From: an uncultured Candidatus Saccharibacteria bacterium
GTDB taxonomy: Bacteria; Patescibacteriota; Minisyncoccia; Phycocordibacterales; DATDWN01
Direction: 5' to 3'
NCBI GenBank assembly: GCA_964576615.1
Contig: CAZNUU010000002.1
Span: 27,428-91,427 of the forward strand
Length of the DNA stretch: 64,000 nucleotides
Within the stretch, counting starts at the first letter, position 1, and each line of letters begins with the position of its first letter. The translations under genes and the position numbers were made by a program. The notes below the pieces were generated by a model. That model was not told where the DNA came from and did no database searches. It was given only the letters and a program-made list of their open reading frames with translations. Below are positions 62,120-64,000 of the stretch, in pieces.

Positions 62120-62704
62120 TTAAAAATTAACTTTTGGAGCTTGCTGATTTTCTGTCGGCACATTGAAATACTCATGAGCAGTAAAACCATACCAACCCGC
62201 GAGAATTGATGTTGGGAATGTCTTTACTTTTGTGTCGTAAACTCGGACCAGGTCGTTGTACTTCATTCTTTCAACTGAGATTCTATTCTCTGTACCTTCG
62301 AGAGATACCATAAGATCCCGGAAAGCCTGGCTAGACTGAAGTGTTGGATAGTTCTCTGCGATGACTAAAAGTCTCCCCAATGCTGACTCAACTTGGGTTG
62401 CTGCTGCCGCCTTCTGATCTGTTGTTTGCGCACCAGAGTACCTTGTCCTAGCTTCAGCAATTTGGCCAAATAAAGTTTGTTCCTGTTTTGCTACACCTTT
62501 CACAGTAGCTTCTAGATTTGGGATCAAATCAAAGCGCCTTTGATACTGGTTTTCCACCTGCGCCCACTGTGCTGTGATTTGCTCACCAGCACGGACAAAA
62601 TAGTTGTATGTTGATACTGCCCAACCGACAATAAGTAAAACGACAACCAAAACTATTATCCAAACCCTGTTTCTTTGCCAAAAATTTGTTGCTTGTGGTT
62701 CCAT
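62120..62704 (-). CDS. lemA: LemA family protein
   Basis: N-terminal TM and LemA core NYFVRAGEQI...RRFDLIPNL. Confidence 0.8.
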   Translation of the reverse strand: MEPQATNFWQRNRVWIIVLVVVLLIVGWAVSTYNYFVRAGEQITAQWAQVENQYQRRFDLIPNLEATVKGVAKQEQTLFGQIAEARTRYSGAQTTDQKAAAATQVESALGRLLVIAENYPTLQSSQAFRDLMVSLEGTENRISVERMKYNDLVRVYDTKVKTFPTSILAGWYGFTAHEYFNVPTENQQAPKVNF

Positions 62705-62750
62705 TTATTATTGAGTTAATTAATAACGTCCGAATTATACTACTTTTTTT

Positions 62751-64000
62751 CTAGTAATCCATGCCTCCCATACCTTGAGGCACTGACTTCTCCTCTTTTG
62801 GCTCTTCCGTAACCGCTACTTCAGTCGTAAGTAGTATCGCGGATGCACTAGAAGCATTCTGAAGGCCAGTGCGAGTTACTTTAACCGGATCAATTATGCC
62901 GGATACAAACATGTCAGGAACCATTTCATCTTTTAGAGCATCATAACCAGAGTTGCCTTTGGATTTTTTCACTTTTTCTACCACGGCTGCCCCATTTCCC
63001 TTGCCAGCATTTATTGCAATCTGTTTAAGAGGCACCTCGCATGCATTTAGGATAATTTCGTAACCAGTTTTAAATTCAGGAGTCTGGTTATTTATTTTTA
63101 TTAAATTGCCGCGAGCTTTTTGGGATGCCCTAACCAAGGCAACCCCACCACCGAGGACTATGCCTTCATCAATCGCCGCCTTTGTTGCATTCACGGCATC
63201 CTCAATTTTCAATTTCAAATACTTCATTTCTGTTTCTGTCGCTGCACCAACCTTAATCACAGCCACACCGCCAGTTAACTTTGCGATCCTCTCGTCTATT
63301 TTCTCCACATCGTATTTGGCTTTGGTGTGTTCTTTTTGCTTCTTTAATTCTCTTACCCTAGAACTAATCGCCTCTTTCTTGCCTTTGCCGCCTATCACAA
63401 TAGTGCTGTCTTTCTTAGAGACGACCTTGGCAGCTTTTCCGAGAGCCGAAACTTCAGTTGTCTCCAGCTTTAGTCCCTTCTCATCGGAAATAACCTGGGC
63501 GCCCAAGACCGTTGCGATATCCTGGAGTTCTTCTTTTTTTCTATCACCGTATCCTGGAGCCTTAATCGCAAGAACATTGAAGCCCCCTTTCAATTTATTA
63601 ATCACAAAAGTAGTCAGCGCCTCCCCATCCACATCATCTGCAATAATAACCAAATCTCTTTTACCAGATTCTGCAACTTTTTCTAAAAGCGGAAGAATAT
63701 CTTTTACAGTCGAAATTTTTTTATCGGTAACTAAAACAGAAACATCTTTGTACTCTGCCTCCATTCTCTCTGCATTTGTAATCATATAGGCAGAGACATA
63801 GCCCCGATCAAACTGAAGTCCCTCTACTACCTCGCTCTCTACCCCAAGTGTCGGGGCTTCTTCCACAGTTACTACTCCATCTTTACCAACTTTATTTATG
63901 GTGTCAGCAATAATCTTACCTATTTCCTCTGACTCAGCAGAAACTGTTGCCACCTGACGAATTTCATCTTTGCCTTTTATTTCTTTAGAGAGTGATTTGA
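62751..64000 (-). CDS. groL: Chaperonin GroEL, partial (5' end beyond window)
   Basis: C-terminus PKEEKSVPQGMGGMDY. The ORF continues in-frame to the window edge. M at 63953 is an internal Met. Confidence 0.9.
   Translation of the reverse strand, partial: KSLSKEIKGKDEIRQVATVSAESEEIGKIIADTINKVGKDGVVTVEEAPTLGVESEVVEGLQFDRGYVSAYMITNAERMEAEYKDVSVLVTDKKISTVKDILPLLEKVAESGKRDLVIIADDVDGEALTTFVINKLKGGFNVLAIKAPGYGDRKKEELQDIATVLGAQVISDEKGLKLETTEVSALGKAAKVVSKKDSTIVIGGKGKKEAISSRVRELKKQKEHTKAKYDVEKIDERIAKLTGGVAVIKVGAATETEMKYLKLKIEDAVNATKAAIDEGIVLGGGVALVRASQKARGNLIKINNQTPEFKTGYEIILNACEVPLKQIAINAGKGNGAAVVEKVKKSKGNSGYDALKDEMVPDMFVSGIIDPVKVTRTGLQNASSASAILLTTEVAVTEEPKEEKSVPQGMGGMDY

Noticed and set aside
62751-63953. 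GroEL start at Met 63953
   Set aside because: That Met corresponds to an internal GroEL position (~residue 130-140). The ORF continues in-frame to the window edge, so the gene is 5'-truncated by the window.
1-64000. CRISPR arrays, rRNA genes, transposases/integrases, prophage structural genes
   Set aside because: No regularly spaced direct repeats with unique spacers, no rRNA-like conserved stretches and no DDE/tyrosine-recombinase-like ORFs were seen in any frame. The dispersed repeats A/B/C are not arrayed.

Overview
AT-rich (~38-40% GC) bacterial chromosomal segment, densely packed with housekeeping genes mostly on the minus strand. Readable genes include ABC exporter, rpsP-KH-trmD, RNase R, SMC, RNase III, a NusB-Nudix fusion, L32, RNase HII, DnaE, ThrRS, GyrB, PheS, EF-Ts, S2, RF1, L31, L25, FBA, a PfkB kinase, split transketolase, Rpe, RpiB, GAPDH, class I RNR, cyclophilin, an RRM protein, tRNA-Thr/Ser/Gly/Ser, Nudix paralogs, GGDEF, TPM, LemA and a 3'-truncated GroEL. 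The short ThrRS without N-terminal domains, split transketolase, 749-aa SMC and many small cell-surface proteins suggest a reduced-genome (Patescibacteria/CPR-like) organism; this is an inference. The notable part is an overlay of GC-rich material on this AT-rich backbone. (1) Two families of 45-65 bp GC-rich palindromic mini-elements are inserted in-frame inside conserved genes (helicase, trmD, rnr, dnaE), reminiscent of Rickettsia palindromic elements. (2) Three dispersed structured intergenic repeat families are present (A, B, and a conserved 5'-leader C). (3) About ten GC-rich, GC3-rich single- or two-gene cassettes occur, each with a strong Shine-Dalgarno and its own hairpin terminator, mostly encoding small membrane or unknown proteins. 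Other points: a Thr-codon leader peptide and attenuator upstream of thrS, two paralogous candidate sRNAs with textbook promoters next to an AAA_5 ATPase plus HExxH-vWA protein pair, a tRNA-Gly nested between tRNA-like half fragments, and a direct repeat of the tRNA-Ser 3' end beside a GIY-YIG/DUF4357 nuclease gene. No CRISPR array, rRNA or recognisable transposase was seen.
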